From contig NMRA01000120.1 of the NCBI GenBank assembly GCA_002633005.1, positions 315,056 through 379,055 on the forward strand: 64,000 nt of DNA. The letters run 5' to 3'. The position numbers were made by a program, and so were the translations under genes. Source of the DNA: Phoronis australis (taxonomy: Eukaryota; Animalia; Phoronida). The notes under the pieces are model-generated. The model was not told the origin of the DNA, did no database searches, and saw nothing but the letters and a program-made list of their open reading frames with translations. Shown one piece after another: positions 12,413-26,013 of this stretch; position 1 is the first letter of the stretch; the number at the start of each line of letters is the position of its first letter.

Positions 12413-12487
12413 CATGAGCGGCGCACCATAGGGGGCTGGGCGCGAGGGGCTATAGCCCCCACTTTTTTCAGTGCTACGCCGCCCATG
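12413..12487. mobile_element. Second copy of the ~70-bp GC-rich MITE
   Basis: catgagcggcgcaccatagggggc...agtgctacgccgcccatg, homologous to 5019-5088. Confidence 0.65.
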
Positions 12488-12533
12488 GTCTATGGGCGTG
12501 CACCACAGGGGGAATGCCAAAGAGAACTATATG

Positions 12534-13528
12534 CAGTGGCGGATCTAGGATATCACAAGGGGGGGCAAGATTTTGTCTGTAAGCATTTGCGCAAACCACG
12601 ATTGTAGATGCGCATAGCACCGAATGGGGAGAGGTCGGGAGGGGGGGTTTGCCCCACTCCAGCTCAAGAAACGTTTCTGTTTTTTCCTCTAAAAATCAAG
12701 CATTTTCCTTGATTCCTGAAGTATTATCCAAGAAAAAAAGGCACAAAAAAAAAACACCGAGAACGTATGAAACAGGAAAAACTACAATCACCACAGACTC
12801 GAACTCCTGACCTGACGGATAGAGCGCGCGTGCTTTACCACTATACCAACACGCTTCAACTCCTAGTCTGAAACTAAGAGACCTACGTGTTTATGGTCCA
12901 CAATGTTTGCGCGCGTAGCCTACTTCTTTTTGTAATACTTATAACACGTTTTATATTTTGTGCAATCGGTTCCTAACAAATCTGTTGTATTTAAAATAGT
13001 CTTCAAACACCCAAAATACCAAATCCGTTTTTCGTGTTGGCAATAATGACGGGATTGCTTTGTAAATCGTCTTAAGTTAAGGTTTGACAAAGAGAGAATT
13101 ATGAGTTTCTGAGTGATTCATTAAGGCTTCGATTAAAATTCACATCTTACCAGCAGCTTCTGTTTTTTCATCTTCACTCAGGTTCCACTTTCTTTAAAAA
13201 CTGAAGTAAATTTCTTCATTGCACAGCGGAGCAGACGACGGAAACGGAGTCGTAGTGCGCAGCGCCACTGCCGGTCGCCTGGGATATCGCGGGAGAGCCT
13301 ATACTTAGCCATAGTTCCGTTACGATTGCGCCGTGTTCCGAATTTGACGCTTAAAATTGGATCTGAGCCCCCCCCAAACACTAAAACTGCACACATTTAA
13401 ATCTTGTTTCATCCGTATAATTTCAATTACCGGGGGTAATTAATAAACTCAACATTTCCCTACGCTCTTGCTGTTTTATTTTTTTGCGGCAGCCAAGGGG
13501 GGGGGGGGGNNNNNTAAATCCGCCTATG
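12534..13528. mobile_element. Non-autonomous hAT-like DNA element (CAGTGGCGGATCTA...TAAATCCGCCTATG)
   Basis: Imperfect terminal inverted repeats with G-run subterminal segments; no TSD recognised. Confidence 0.5.
12792..12854 (-). mobile_element. tRNA-derived SINE head / tRNA pseudogene fragment
   Basis: Minus strand gcgtgttggtatagtggtaaagcacgcgcgctctatccgtcaggtcaggagttcgagtctgtg has Pol III A box (TGGTATAGTGG) and B box (GTTCGAGTC). The anticodon arm is degenerate. Confidence 0.6.
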
Positions 13529-13889
13529 ATGTGAATGTGAATATGGCCTGGAAAATATGTTGCAAACATTTCAACAGATGGCGTGTTGACAAGACTTAAA
13601 ATGTTTGCAACTTGTTGTTGTATCGAAGTGTGCAAACTCCGTGATTTAGGACGTATTTTGAATACGATGAATGGGAAATGGGATGGAGATGATTGTCATG
13701 ACGTCGGTAACTATCCGCATAGTCTCGAAGTTTGACGGGATAGCCTAAATATTTCAAATTATTCCAAAATATGGTTTATCCGCGACATTTTTTGCAAATG
13801 CTGATACTACTATATAAATGTAATAATATACACAATAACATCACACGGAAATGGGACAAACTTTGTATCGAACGAGCTTGCATCCGAGG

Positions 13890-14800
13890 GATAATTTGAG
13901 GCGGCGAAAATGCCCGAGGTGTACCGAATGCTCGAGTGCTTCTCGATTGCTGCCGGAACATATTTCATAATACAAAAAACAGTTGGAGTGCACTTCCAAG
14001 AACGCTGTCGAAATATTTCGATTGCAGCTTGAATTAATCTCGAATGCAATAGGAACGTCCCGACTGGGCCTCGAACGGGTGTGGGCGTATTCAGAATACC
14101 ACCGAATCGCATACTCGGCTGGTTGCAGCCAGAATTTAAGTCTGCATTTAGGAGCCACCTGGGATACGTTCCGTAGAGACAAGAAAAGGTAGTGAGATAT
14201 TAACCTTATTGGCATGGGCTGCATGGCGATATCCCACGAATACCTACGTTATTTTGTCTTCGCGAGTTTCTTGTGACTACGAAACGTAAATGCGGTTCAG
14301 GTCAACCTTTGTCCACTGCTTTAAACAGTTTAAACGGGTTTTTAAGCTCCTTGCATCATGGCGCCAAGGAAGAAGAGAGAGATAAGGTCAATAACGCCAC
14401 CACTGTCCACGGCAATGAACAACACAGTGGCTCTTCAGCCCAAAAAGTCTCTGAATATAAACTAACAGCATCAGACCCTAAAGCTAATTCCACAACCCAT
14501 ATTCTTCCTTTCCAGAGAGACAAAGTCGCTCATGTCCATCGACCAGCAGAACAGTTCTCTTTCGACAGTGATGATGACCTCCCTCCAACCCTCCAAGTGC
14601 GGCTGCTAAGTCCCAGAGGAAAGAGCAGCTGACAGTTTTCACCTGATTTTGGGTGACAGCAAACAACACCTGTATGTCATTCGAAGAACACTTGGTGTTG
14701 CAACCGCATTTGAATTGCATTCGAAATGCAATTTTCCATGAATGCCCAAGAATCATCCGACGTGGGTTCTGATCACTCTCTAGGTATTCGGCCAGTATTC
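13890..14800. repeat. Probable decayed DNA transposon with scattered CGAATG/GCATTC motifs (related segment ~11870-12070)
   Basis: Clustered gaatgc/gcattc/gcattt motifs in both orientations; termini not resolved. Confidence 0.3.
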
Positions 14801-15217
14801 TCATGAAGCCAGCGAATGTTGGTCAGTTTGAAATTCCTGCCAAATGTGGCAAAAAAAAACGTTTTATCCACGTTAGTGCTGTTCGCTTGCGAATAACCAA
14901 ACAGGGTGCTATTGCTGGTTTGCTCATAGATACACTTTTTCAAAACGGTAATTGGAGTGTTAACAGTGAATCTATTCTGTAATACATTTAGGACGGTTCC
15001 TTCAACTTGGGATCCTAAAAACTGTAGGAAACTGCCGTGTTCGAATTTTATTTTACACAAAGTATTTCCCTTCCCGTAGTATATCAGAAACTTCCAAGGC
15101 TTCTCTGATTTCATCATTCAGCTAATCAAGAATATGCACATACAAGAAATTTTCAGAGCAACAATTAATCTTCTTAATGAACCGAAATAAAAAAGATTAA
15201 CCGTACGTTTTGACAGT

Positions 15218-15220
<3 letters not shown>

Positions 15221-15280
<60 letters not shown>
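15221..15280. repeat. (CT)30 microsatellite
   Basis: Direct read. Confidence 0.97.
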
Positions 15281-15283
<3 letters not shown>

Positions 15284-18200
15284 TGATTAGAACGTATTCC
15301 TTCCTTGTCTATGCGCCACATTTCCGAGCGCACACATTTTCCAAAATATTAGTAACAGACGAAAGGTGTCTTTTTGCGAATAGACGCATGGGGCTTACCT
15401 TCAGAAGTTTACGATAATACCCATTTCAATCAGCTAAACAAAACTAAGAATCAGCTTTCTAAATACACCTACGTTAACGATTGCTATTTTTGCCACAGTT
15501 GAGCAATTACAGAAATTGTTGGTTAAACGACAACGTTGAGATATCGAGTGGCAATCCATTAGCATTGTTTTTATTTTCAGATAATTCCCAAACGCACTTC
15601 CCACACATATACTATTGTCGAGTGCATTATAGTAAGCAACATTCAATTAAAGCATAGATTGAACGAAGTTACCTCCGTCGGCTCGTGTACGAAAAAGTGG
15701 CTTGGTGGTTACACTTTGCCGGTTTGCACTGATTCCGCCTGTGCCTCAGTAATCTTTGACGAGTTCTGCCTCACTAAGAGGTATTAGATCGATCGCGGTT
15801 AGAGACACTTTAGATCTTAGAGGTGTTCACTTATTTCCGGTGTATTGAACACTTAGTAGTTTTCAAAGTAGAGCGAGCAATGCTTGAGTAAACATGATTA
15901 CAGAGTCGGTCGTGACGTCTTGCTACCGTTTGTTTCTTAAAGAAAGCGTCATCTATCGGCTGACGCACTATCGACAGTAATCGTTGTCTAGCATCCAATC
16001 TCCATTAACATTGGAGTCTGGTGAACTACACGAAAACAAAACTATTTGGTCACAGGTTTTTTACCACACTTAGCTATGATATCATTTGTAAACGTATTAA
16101 AACATTTCGAATTCTTTCCTATTTCACTAATTTTCTGCATTTTTAGATAAGTATTTATTCAGTTGTTACTCAATGAATACGTTTGCAAAGGAGCTCGTTG
16201 CTTTTGACAAACCTTTATGATACATGAATACAGAGGCATATTAGTGTGCTAAGGTGCCTGCTGATCACAACTCGCGTTCATCTTCTCAAGTTACGCCAGT
16301 TAGGGTTGTAAAAGTATGCTTTCTTTGTCCAGCTGATTTAAATACGCCGGTTCATGACCTTATCCTTAATTGACCAATAGAGAACCAGATATCAGAATTG
16401 TTCACCAGACTCTATTTGTAATATAGAGGCTGGATGCGAGACAAAAGTAATCAATAGGGTGCCAATCGCAAAACTGTGGATGACTGCGATCTGGGGGTGG
16501 ACTTTCTACAATAAAAAGAGACAAAAGCATACTTGAAGACTGCGGAGATCTCTTTGCAATGAACAGGTGGGCCATGTCAGACAGTGTAAAGCTTGGTTTC
16601 AATTTTCTATTTCTCGTTTAAAAAGGAGTCCCGTTGTCATTGTTACTGATGCCGCTGAGACAGCCAGAACCCATGACAAAACGCAGCATCTTTTGAAAAA
16701 CATGTAGGCCTATAGCCATACATGGCTATCATTTCAGCCCTAATGGCAATTGTTCCAGCTCAAAGTTTAGAGACTTGGCCTGGTCTTATCCGAAGTGTTT
16801 TCATCGTGGTATCACATATTAACGCTAAAATGAGTACTTTTCAAAACATTTGCACTAACACGATAATCTTATCAAATTCTTTCGTTTCCACTATCACGCG
16901 GAATTATGTAACTTCTAAATTCACAGATCTTTAAGACCAAGTTTTAAGAAATTGCAGCTTCATAAAACCACGTCAAGTTCTCAGAAATGAACTGTTGAGA
17001 CATCGAATTTGATTTAAAGGGTTTGCCCCAAGCTTAAGCTTTCGACTGCAGTCAAACGATACTTGAGCGTTGAGATACCGTGTAGTGGGCCGTTAGGGGA
17101 AAAGTGTCGCCCGTAATTACGCTCGTGATTTCTACGGAGATTTCACTCGTGTTTTACGACAGTAATCCAAAGAGTTATATCCAAAGAGAATTTGGTTTGA
17201 AGGTCACGTGAGCTCTGAAGAAGATTCACGATACTCTCCGAACGTCCTAGGATATTATTGGGCATTTATGAAACTAGGTCATTAAAGAAACTACATCATA
17301 ATTCAACATTTTAATCAATACAACTCCAATGAATTTAAATTCGTCAAAAATCTTGACAATGAATAAACACGAAATAGCATGCATGATGTCATGAGAGATA
17401 AGCAGTTTAAATTTCCTTCCAATGATAGCGTCATCAGTCTCGCTTCTTGACTTATGACGTCATCGATCTTGCTTATCGGCGGATGTTAATGCACTAAGCG
17501 TTGAAGCAAAGTTATTGTTTTAACACTGAAAGTGTTTTTGCAGATGTCTGCATAAGAGTTTACTGTAACTTAGAATCAAAGCCTCTTGCATACGAGGGTT
17601 AACATTCACCAGAAACAGGTATGCATGTTTCGGTGAATTTGAAAAGTGCAAGATCGGGAAAATACTGTATAAATAAGTGCACAGAATACAAACAAAAATA
17701 ACGCTATGCACTTACATGTGACTGGAGAGCACGATGCCCTTGTTGGTACTTGTCATCGCGTATAGAGTCCACAGATAACAGGGCGTATTAACGCATTGTT
17801 AAATATTGCGTCACGAGGGACCAAATGTCGAAACGGGTGTGACTAAGTTACTGCGGCCACAAAGCGAGACGGACGACACTTTTCCCAAAGGCTACTGAAA
17901 CAAATGGTTTTTATGATACAGATTTTCTCGTCACGTAATCTGATGACATCTTAATATCTTAACAGTTTTCATTTATCGTTATTTCTTATTTTTAAGTCTT
18001 TTCTATAAGGACGCTCCGAATAAATGTCCAGGTAACTCAGTAATCTTGCACGTAGTTAGGCTGTATCTGCCGCAAAAGATTGCTAATTAGTGTTTATATG
18101 ACCAACTATACGTGGCGATTCAACGACAGGAACTTCAAGGCAGTTACATGTGTATCGTGAAATGAGTAATTAGGAAAATAAAAATATGGCTTAGTGCATT

Positions 18201-21200
18201 TGCTTGTATTTTCATTTTAACATTACGTGGCCTTGTTTGATGGTTTCCAAAAGGCATATACATTATTGTAACGAGACATATATCTGTATACTGACAAACA
18301 AACTTGTGACTAGTGATTTACATGGTCTACTTCTAAGTTCTCGTGTCACTGATCATCATCTTTTTGTGTTAGCATTGCGAAGCCATATAGTATCTACAAA
18401 TATACATGTAAACAGATGTAGATATAGCACTGAGAAAACTTTTATTTAACGTTATGCGGGTGGCTGCATGCATACGTCAGCCGAATCAATTTCACGCGGC
18501 ACAGTCGAAACGATAACATTTATTATTTGTTAATTATAAGACATTGGTACACAAACTGGCACACGAGTGTAGGGTATGGTAACAACGATATAGTGGCAAT
18601 ATATTGTACAAACTGAACTAAGAAGAAAGTTTAGGTTCAGGTACCTACCGGTAAACTGGAATCATAAAGCGAGTCGCCTGTACTCACCACATCACGCAAA
18701 CAGGGTGTATTATAAACAAGACTTAGAGACTCAAAATACGTGTCAACGATTTCCACAGAACGTCCAAATGGTAAACATTACCAAACAGTTCTTTCAGGGC
18801 ATGGGGGAGTAAATTCGAAGTTTTAATATACCATGACTTACGTAACTATGCCGACAGTTCGAAAATTGAACTGCATGATATCAATCGACGTTTATTTCTT
18901 GATTAATGTTAATGGTAGATACATGTACTAAATAAAAGGACAGCCAGTTTCAATGAAGACCACTTCGTGAGAATAAATCAGCTCATTTCAGAATGTTTTC
19001 TCGATAGGAGGATTAAATCGACTAGTCCATTTACTATGAAAATGGTCGCAAGTTAATCCTTAGCCAAACTGAAAATGTTATCAGGTCTTCGATGGAACTG
19101 ACAGTTCGTTTTTGATTTGAAAACAAACTCTACAAGTGGGCTTGTCACGGCGTGTTGATACTCCAAGCATGGTCTCAACGTTTAAGAACTGTCGGTTCTT
19201 CGCAAAACTTGCAAGCATTTGCCAGAGCAAAGAACACGTTCCAAACGAGGTCAGTTTTATCGCAACAAGTGAAATCTAAATCAAACTTTACCCTTTAGAC
19301 GTTACGTGAGATTAGAACCTCTTTCGGTATGGAGAAAATCTACCTTTAAGTAAATTACGAACACTTTTTGCCTCAGAGTATTTCCTTTTCTAACTACGCC
19401 TCTTACGTAGCCGCTATCGGAATCTCGATCGGACTCAGAAATACCGCTTACCTTGTGCACTGGCAACCTATCATGTGTGATACAGTGACAGGTGATGGCT
19501 GTTTGTTACCTGATAGGAATTACGTAAGTTCTTAAATATCAGACGGCAAGAGCCACTTGAATTATCAGTAGCGATGACAAAGTTACCACGAAACAGGCAA
19601 TGGATTAACAAAGTTATGAATTTCGTGGATTTATTGTGAACAATGGTGGTTACTTAACTTCTCAATGCTTTTGAATTAAAAATTTATGAGCACTGCTTCT
19701 GAGCTGCGACATTGATTGTTGGCTTATTCACGGTAGTCTATTACTTATACCAGTGAGCTAGCCGCACGGCATTTTTCCTTGCATTCGCCGCCATTCTTTT
19801 CATACAAGCACAGTTCCTTGCTGATGAATCGTACTTCTTGACTGAAAGCGTACGCACCAGCTTGGCAAAGTGTTCTAAAACTGCCTGTATGCTGCAACTA
19901 GTCATACAACAGTGGTTCACGACGAAAAATAAGAACGGGATAGTCGTGCCAAAAAGTGCAGTTTGTGACAAATAAATTGTATGTGTGGCAATAGAACACA
20001 GGCTGAGTGGGTGCGCGTGCGATTGATAAGAGAGGAAGACCACGGTACTGATAATATACGCGGAATCCGTATGTCTCAAATCAGCAGCCTGATGTTGATC
20101 CCAAGGAAGCTTTCGACGGTACAGACACCCGGTTACAATAACCAACAACGAAGCTCTATTTATAATGCAAAAACATATCTGACATTGCTCCAAAGACGTT
20201 TAACTGTTCATCTATGTAACTCCTCGGCTTCTCGACACGAATTCACAACCAGGTGTACTCGACCGTATTTTTGGCGCTTGGCGCCGCTTGCAAATTAGAA
20301 TTCCCAACCCTTTTTCAGAGTGGACCCCGTTATAGAGACCATCAGGAAAGAGTCATCATTTCGTAGTTTTTCCAAAAACGCCACTCTTTCAAAGAAGCTC
20401 AATCCTTTCATAGGGATTCTTGAACATCTGAAATTTTAATTCTTCAACGCTGAACACTACACAGAGATATACTCCGATGTCAAAATTTTAAAAATATAGA
20501 TTAATATCAAAAACTCTTATGTAGAGTTTTGTCATTGCAAAAGGGATATTTTGTAAAACTTCAAACTCCAAAATGCACCCGTTTACGGAATTTTCTCGTA
20601 AAAGGCACTCTCTATTGGACAATTTTATCAGAAAAGGTACATTTATGTAGGGAAACTCGTAGTTAAAGACCCACCACCTAAGTGGCATATCTCACAAACT
20701 TCTTATTCGAGAGTACCCCCGAGGCTCATTACTACAAACACTAGATCATCGTTGCATTCCGTCAGCAACAACGTAATCAAGAACCTGTATGAGTTTGGTA
20801 AATAATCTTGAAGATACTTTTAACAGTTGTGACCAAATGCACAGTATTAAACATGTGCATTAAAACGAACATGAGGCACTCATGGCAAATCTAGGGTGTG
20901 GTATTGGGGACAACCACAATCTTCGAAGGAAAAGGAACCCCATAGCGCTTAACCTGAAATGGCCGACGGCATTTTCGGTCGTCCTTAATGGGAGCCCGGC
21001 CACCCTGCCACCCCCCCCCCTCCAAAAATGACCGTATGAACTCGATAACTGGTCACTGGGCAAAACGCGACCAGGTTGCACGCTTGCAATAACCGTGGTA
21101 TATTTCATTACGCAATATGCACTCGAAGAATCATAAACTTGATAAGAAGTCAATAATACCTATTCACGATACTCTAAAAACCCATATGATAATTAATTAT

Positions 21201-23473
21201 ACATGTTGTGTTATCAGGTCTCGACTGTGATGGGCAAACCTAGAATTGAGATAGATGCCTTCTACACTGGTTTATCAAATAGTTTATATGAGTAATTCAA
21301 TCAAACATCGTCAACTTGAAAAGTTCATTTCCGAGTGTTCCAAGGCTGCGTTCCATAGACGCAAAAACCTATCGAAACGGACAGATTGCGCAAGACCACG
21401 CAAAATCAAGCGCGTGAAAGTCAATGTTTCGCGTGTATGCTCGGAAGCTTGCTAGCGTTGCTTCTTGAAGTTACTAGCTTTGTACAGAGCAGTAAACAAA
21501 ATCCGTTGTCCATACCAATGACGTCGTATGGAACTCGCAAGGTATTATTTAATTTGCGACATCCGTGCGACGAACGTAAGCTACTATTGTTTTCTTTTGT
21601 TGCGTCTTTGTTATAACAATACAGGTCGCAGGGGATCGTACCTTGGTCCCACATCACCCGGTAACCTATAAATGCTTTTCATTATCTTTATTATAATAAA
21701 GACAAATAAAATGAACAATGGATACGCCAATCCACCGATCTCTATGCGAGCAGGTTGTGATCTAGTTTTTGTGATTTTATAGCAAATCGCCCCACTCCCT
21801 GTTGTCAGCCAACCAACGCAGAAACCAGGGCCTGTGACTTCAAAAGTTTTCATACGATTAAAATCTGTTAGGATTTAGCTCCGCTAGCAGAACGTTTGAC
21901 TGGGAACGCGGGGCTTTCATTTCAGTAACAACTTTTCTTCCCGACAATGGGTTGAGTTCAGCACCTCGTCAAGTGAGACTCGTACGGAGACACATCTTTG
22001 CTTATACAACAGAAATGGTGAGTTTACATACGGTTCTTCCCATAATCCAACAATCCGGGACAAAGGATTTTTGTTACACGAGAGTGATTCCCTTGCGTGA
22101 TCTTGCGTTTTTCGCCAAACTTCAAAAATTCTAGGCAAGCCTCAATGAACTCACCCCACGATCACTCGTTCATTTATAATAGGTTAATGTCAATGAACGA
22201 TCAATTTTCGAAAAAATTGCTCTTATTTCGGGTTTCTTTTACGACACCCTGTTTAGCCTTAAGGCATAATTATACCACATTGTATAAAAACTAGTATTGA
22301 CAACGACCCGCTCACACAAAAATGTTTATCATCTGGTATTCTTGTTTTGTTTGCACAGATTAAGCCGTTGAAAACTGGCAACTGTTCTATAAAATAAACA
22401 AATTCACTAAATAATTATAGGTGGTGTTTTTCTGTAACACTTTTCGTTTCGTGGAGTTGCCATTTTAAGCACTGAAAGACATATTTCAATTTTATTTGCT
22501 CATTTCAATTTCTTGCGTTTAAGTTAACTTAGAAGTAAGTGTGCTCTTTAGTGCCGAGACCGCACTTTGGTAACCCCTTGGCTGTACATAGCAATTTATA
22601 TAAATAACCAACAGAACAAAGGGTATATCTAATTCATAATATTCAAAATTATCTTTCAAAGTCAAACCAGTTGCAAGAGTTCGCTCCATAAACAAGCAAG
22701 AAATGGCATTCACCGAGTTTGAGTTTTCACGACAAAATGCACAGCCCAAGGCATTGCAAGATGACGACATTGCTACATACGTCGTCAAACTATAAATTAA
22801 TGATATTGGTTTTCAACTAATTCAACAATAAGAAACTAAGTATGACTGCAATCATGTTGGCTCTAGTGGCGCTTTTTAGTAAATAATTCAAATCATAGTC
22901 ATAAGCACGAAATATCTTAATTTAGGTTCACTAGAATGTTCTTTGCTGTTGCAAAGTACGGTGTACGAGTACATCAAACACCACGCCATGTACTTGTACA
23001 AAGCACATTGTTTTGCGTTCACTTATAATAAGACTGAACTCGATCAGATTTTGATTAGCATTGAGTCCTTTCAAGGCACATCTCAAATAGTCTGAATGCA
23101 CATTTCCGTTGAAATCTTCTGAGATTGTGTTTTGCCTTTAAACAGTAACACAAGGAAGTCGGTGTCAATGCGAATCGGAACCCAAGAATAAACGTAAAGA
23201 TCAGCATGGCGGAAGCTGTTACGTTTCCAGCGCTTCCATACAAGAGCACGGAAACTGACTTTTATCGATGAAATGAGATGCACAAAACACAATGACATTT
23301 TTTAAAAAGCAAATAGGATACTTGAATCAGAAGGCAAGTCAGCAGCCGCGTTTACAAAGGCGTCTTGCCGGTCGTCTTGCAAGTATTGCTATTAGCACAA
23401 CATTGCTGTGCAAAATGCTATTGTGGCGCGCCTATCACGTGCAATCAACACTTTCTCACTGCAGAGAATGCAG

Positions 23474-23858
23474 GGCCCGGTCTCTAATCTTTATACTCGA
23501 AACGAACTCGAAACTATTTTTGGCAATTTCTCTGCTCCTTTTGTGCAAACTTAAGATAATTGGTTATCAGACTGTGCTCGAATACATTATAGTTTATGCA
23601 TAGGAGTTTCTAGTTCAAGTTTGCCCTTGAAGACCCTTATATTCGTGCTACAAACTCGAGTAAAAACTCGAGTTCAAACTTGAACTTACTGCTTTAATAT
23701 TGGGTTTACAACTAAAGGTAATAAATTATCTAGGTAAGTTATTGTGTACTCGAGCATAGAATAACAGACACTTATCTTGAGTTCGCCCAAAAGTAGAGTA
23801 GAAAATGCCAAACCTAATTTCGAGTTCCATTTCGAGTAAAAAGATTGGAGACCGGGCC
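23474..23858. mobile_element. Palindromic PIF/Harbinger-type MITE with CAG (CWG) TSD
   Basis: cag|ggcccggtctctaatct ... agattggagaccgggcc|cag; arms stay complementary for >100 bp. Confidence 0.8.
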
Positions 23859-23870
23859 CAGATCTGGCGG

Positions 23871-24447
23871 CTCGCTGGTTCCCTGCGTGTCCGCTAGGGG
23901 GATGAGAACACGCAAGTATCATTTAATTTTCCTCGGGAACTTTTTTACACCGGCGTTTCTGATTGGCTGGTCGAATTCTCAACAGGTAGCGCTTTACGAA
24001 AACAAACTGGCATGACTGATGAAGGAAGTGTAAATTAATGTGGTCTGTTATACAGACAAATCGGTGCTTAATTCACGTTCAAGAAATGTGGCCGTGCCTT
24101 TTCGGAGTGCATTATTCTACTGTCGCTGACTTTAGTTTACGTTGCTGCCCTGTATTCACACAGAATTAATAACACACCGGTTAAATCGGCCAGATTTGTG
24201 TTTATTGTACATGTATGTGCTTCAAGCACGCGGCTATTAAACATTACTGGAGAAACGAAATATTTGCTGTCTCACCACTTGCATGACAAGGCTAAAAATC
24301 GTTCATAATCCGCCATTTTTTTGTTGTTGTAAAGCTTACCAACGACTGCCGAGATTACATCAACCAGTGATAAAACGCGTGCTACTGAATCAGTGATACC
24401 TGCGTGTTCTCTACCCCGCCCAAGTGGACACGCAGGGAACCCGCGAG
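23871..24447. mobile_element. 577-bp MITE with ~50-bp TIRs and 9-bp TSD atctggcgg (MULE- or AcademH-like)
   Basis: TIR ctcgctggttccctgcgtgtcc... / ...ggacacgcagggaacccgcgag, flanked by atctggcgg at 23862-23870 and 24448-24456. Partial copies at 54264-54510, 56802-57060 and ~60497-60575. Confidence 0.85.
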
Positions 24448-24501
24448 ATCTGGCGGCACAATAATTTTCCCACAACACCACCTGCAGAGAGGAGTGGCCC
24501 T

Positions 24502-25482
24502 TGTTTGACGGAATACTGCATCCCTTATTTGTTTGTCTTATTTGATTGGTTGATTCGTGTTTCCCTGGTCTCTATATATATCACTTTCACTTGTATTTCA
24601 TATAGTAGTATCAGTAGTATTATGAGCAGTATTTAGCAGTATTAGCAGTTGTTTCTCCACATTGAGAGTTGTTATCCTCAAGTTACGTTTGCAGTCGTCA
24701 ATATATTAGTCAAGACTCATCTCTTGTTCTAGCCTACGAACCACTAGCCTACGAACCACCTCTGCGTACAATAGCCAAACCGCATTTTCGCCGTACGCCA
24801 CATGTTGGTGCCGCGGCCGTGGATTGAAGACTGACTGCCTCATTTCATCGCTCAACTCATATACTAGCTACCATGTACACTTCTTTCAGAAACGCCTGAA
24901 GTCAAAACGAGCCGCACAGAAAGGCTAAGTCACCACCCTGCTCAACCGTCTACACGAGCTACCGCCTTCGTCACCTGAGAGCAAACTTCTACTGGGCACC
25001 CTTAACACCAAGCTGAACACCATTCCTGTATTCAACGCTGCCATCCACGACCTTATCGATGAAGACAACGCAACTGAAGAAATGCTGGCCGATGTATCCT
25101 ACACAACTGAGATAGAAATTGCTCCACACTCCCGTCTCCACAACCTGCCGTGATCACCGCACCCTCAACTGGAAATGTACGTCTACCTAAGCTGGGACTA
25201 CCTTGCTTTTCAGGCGACCAATTGGACTTCCCCGCATTTTGGGACATGTTTTTCGCCACCATCGACACCAATCACCAGGTTCCTGTAATTCAAAAACTTC
25301 AATATTTGTTCTCGGTGATGTGATGGACCTGCCTAGGAAGTTATTAGTGGACTCACACTCACGCCCGAAAATTATAACATTGCGAAAGAACTTCTCACAG
25401 AACGCTACGGTTCCCAAAGCCGACATCTTACGAACCACCTCTGCATACCGATATCCAAACCGCATTTTCCCCGTACGCCACA
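24502..25482 (+). mobile_element. Internally deleted BEL/Pao LTR retrotransposon (5' LTR, PBS, gag fragment, 3' LTR end)
   Basis: LTR end ...ccgtacgccaca at 24802 is repeated at 25428-25482. PBS tggtgccgcggccgtggat (tRNA-His-like) at 24806. Gag motifs follow. The 5' LTR start is uncertain. Confidence 0.8.
24894..25420 (+). pseudogene. BEL/Pao Gag (DUF1759-like) pseudogene fragment
   Basis: RLKSKRAAQKG*VTTLLNRL... VRLPKLGLPCFSGDQLDFPAFWDMFFATID ... KLQYL ... EVISGLTLTPENYNIAKELLTERYG, with stops and frameshifts. Confidence 0.85.
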
Positions 25483-25659
25483 TTCTGGTTGATTAATAGA
25501 ACGAAATGGCATCATTCCGATTGGTTGAAAATAGAATTCAAACATTTTGACTCATGGTGAGAAATGAAGGCGCATGTTGTTCCTTCAATTGAGAAATGTA
25601 GGCATATTTTTTACTCACGAGTCGGTATTTACTTCGAGTTTGCAGTTGCGAATCTAGGA

Positions 25660-26013
25660 TGTCGCAACCACACATATAGGAAAGCAAAAGTCCGCGAGCA
25701 TTCCAAGCGGTCTCTGAGGGGAGCCCAAACACAATTATAAAGGAAAATAGGTGCATAACGCTCAAAAACGATATACAGGCGGCGTTTTTAGTCACCCGTG
25801 GGGTGTGTCCTCGGGGCCCTTCGATCGTCTGTTGACTATCCGATTCATTTCCCTGAATCCTCGTTCACATCCAGCTGAACAGCAACGAAGAGTCTTAATT
25901 CATCATGTAAAAAGATGGTTGGTTGCGCCTACGTGCGCCTACACCCCACTATAATGTAACTTACGGTGCGCAGGCGCTACGTTCAAATGCGCTTACGCCC
26001 CACTACAGCACTG
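25660..26013 (-). pseudogene. Decayed hAT transposase C-terminal dimerisation-domain fragment plus hAT-like terminus
   Basis: TLRCCSAGCERGFREMNRIV (cf. STA.CERGFS.MN.IK) followed by LFSFIIVFGLP..AWN. A cagtgctgtagtggggcg terminus-like sequence lies at ~25995-26013. Confidence 0.5.

Noticed and set aside
12792-12854. Functional tRNA genes here and at 52150-52212
   Set aside because: A/B boxes are present but acceptor and anticodon stems do not pair properly; more consistent with SINE heads.
14273-14632. 119-aa ORF with biased composition
   Set aside because: GTG start, no recognisable domain, and embedded in probable decayed transposon sequence.
15118-15333. ORF with (ER)n tract; likewise the (CVRA)n ORF at 49995-50192
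   Set aside because: Translations of microsatellites.
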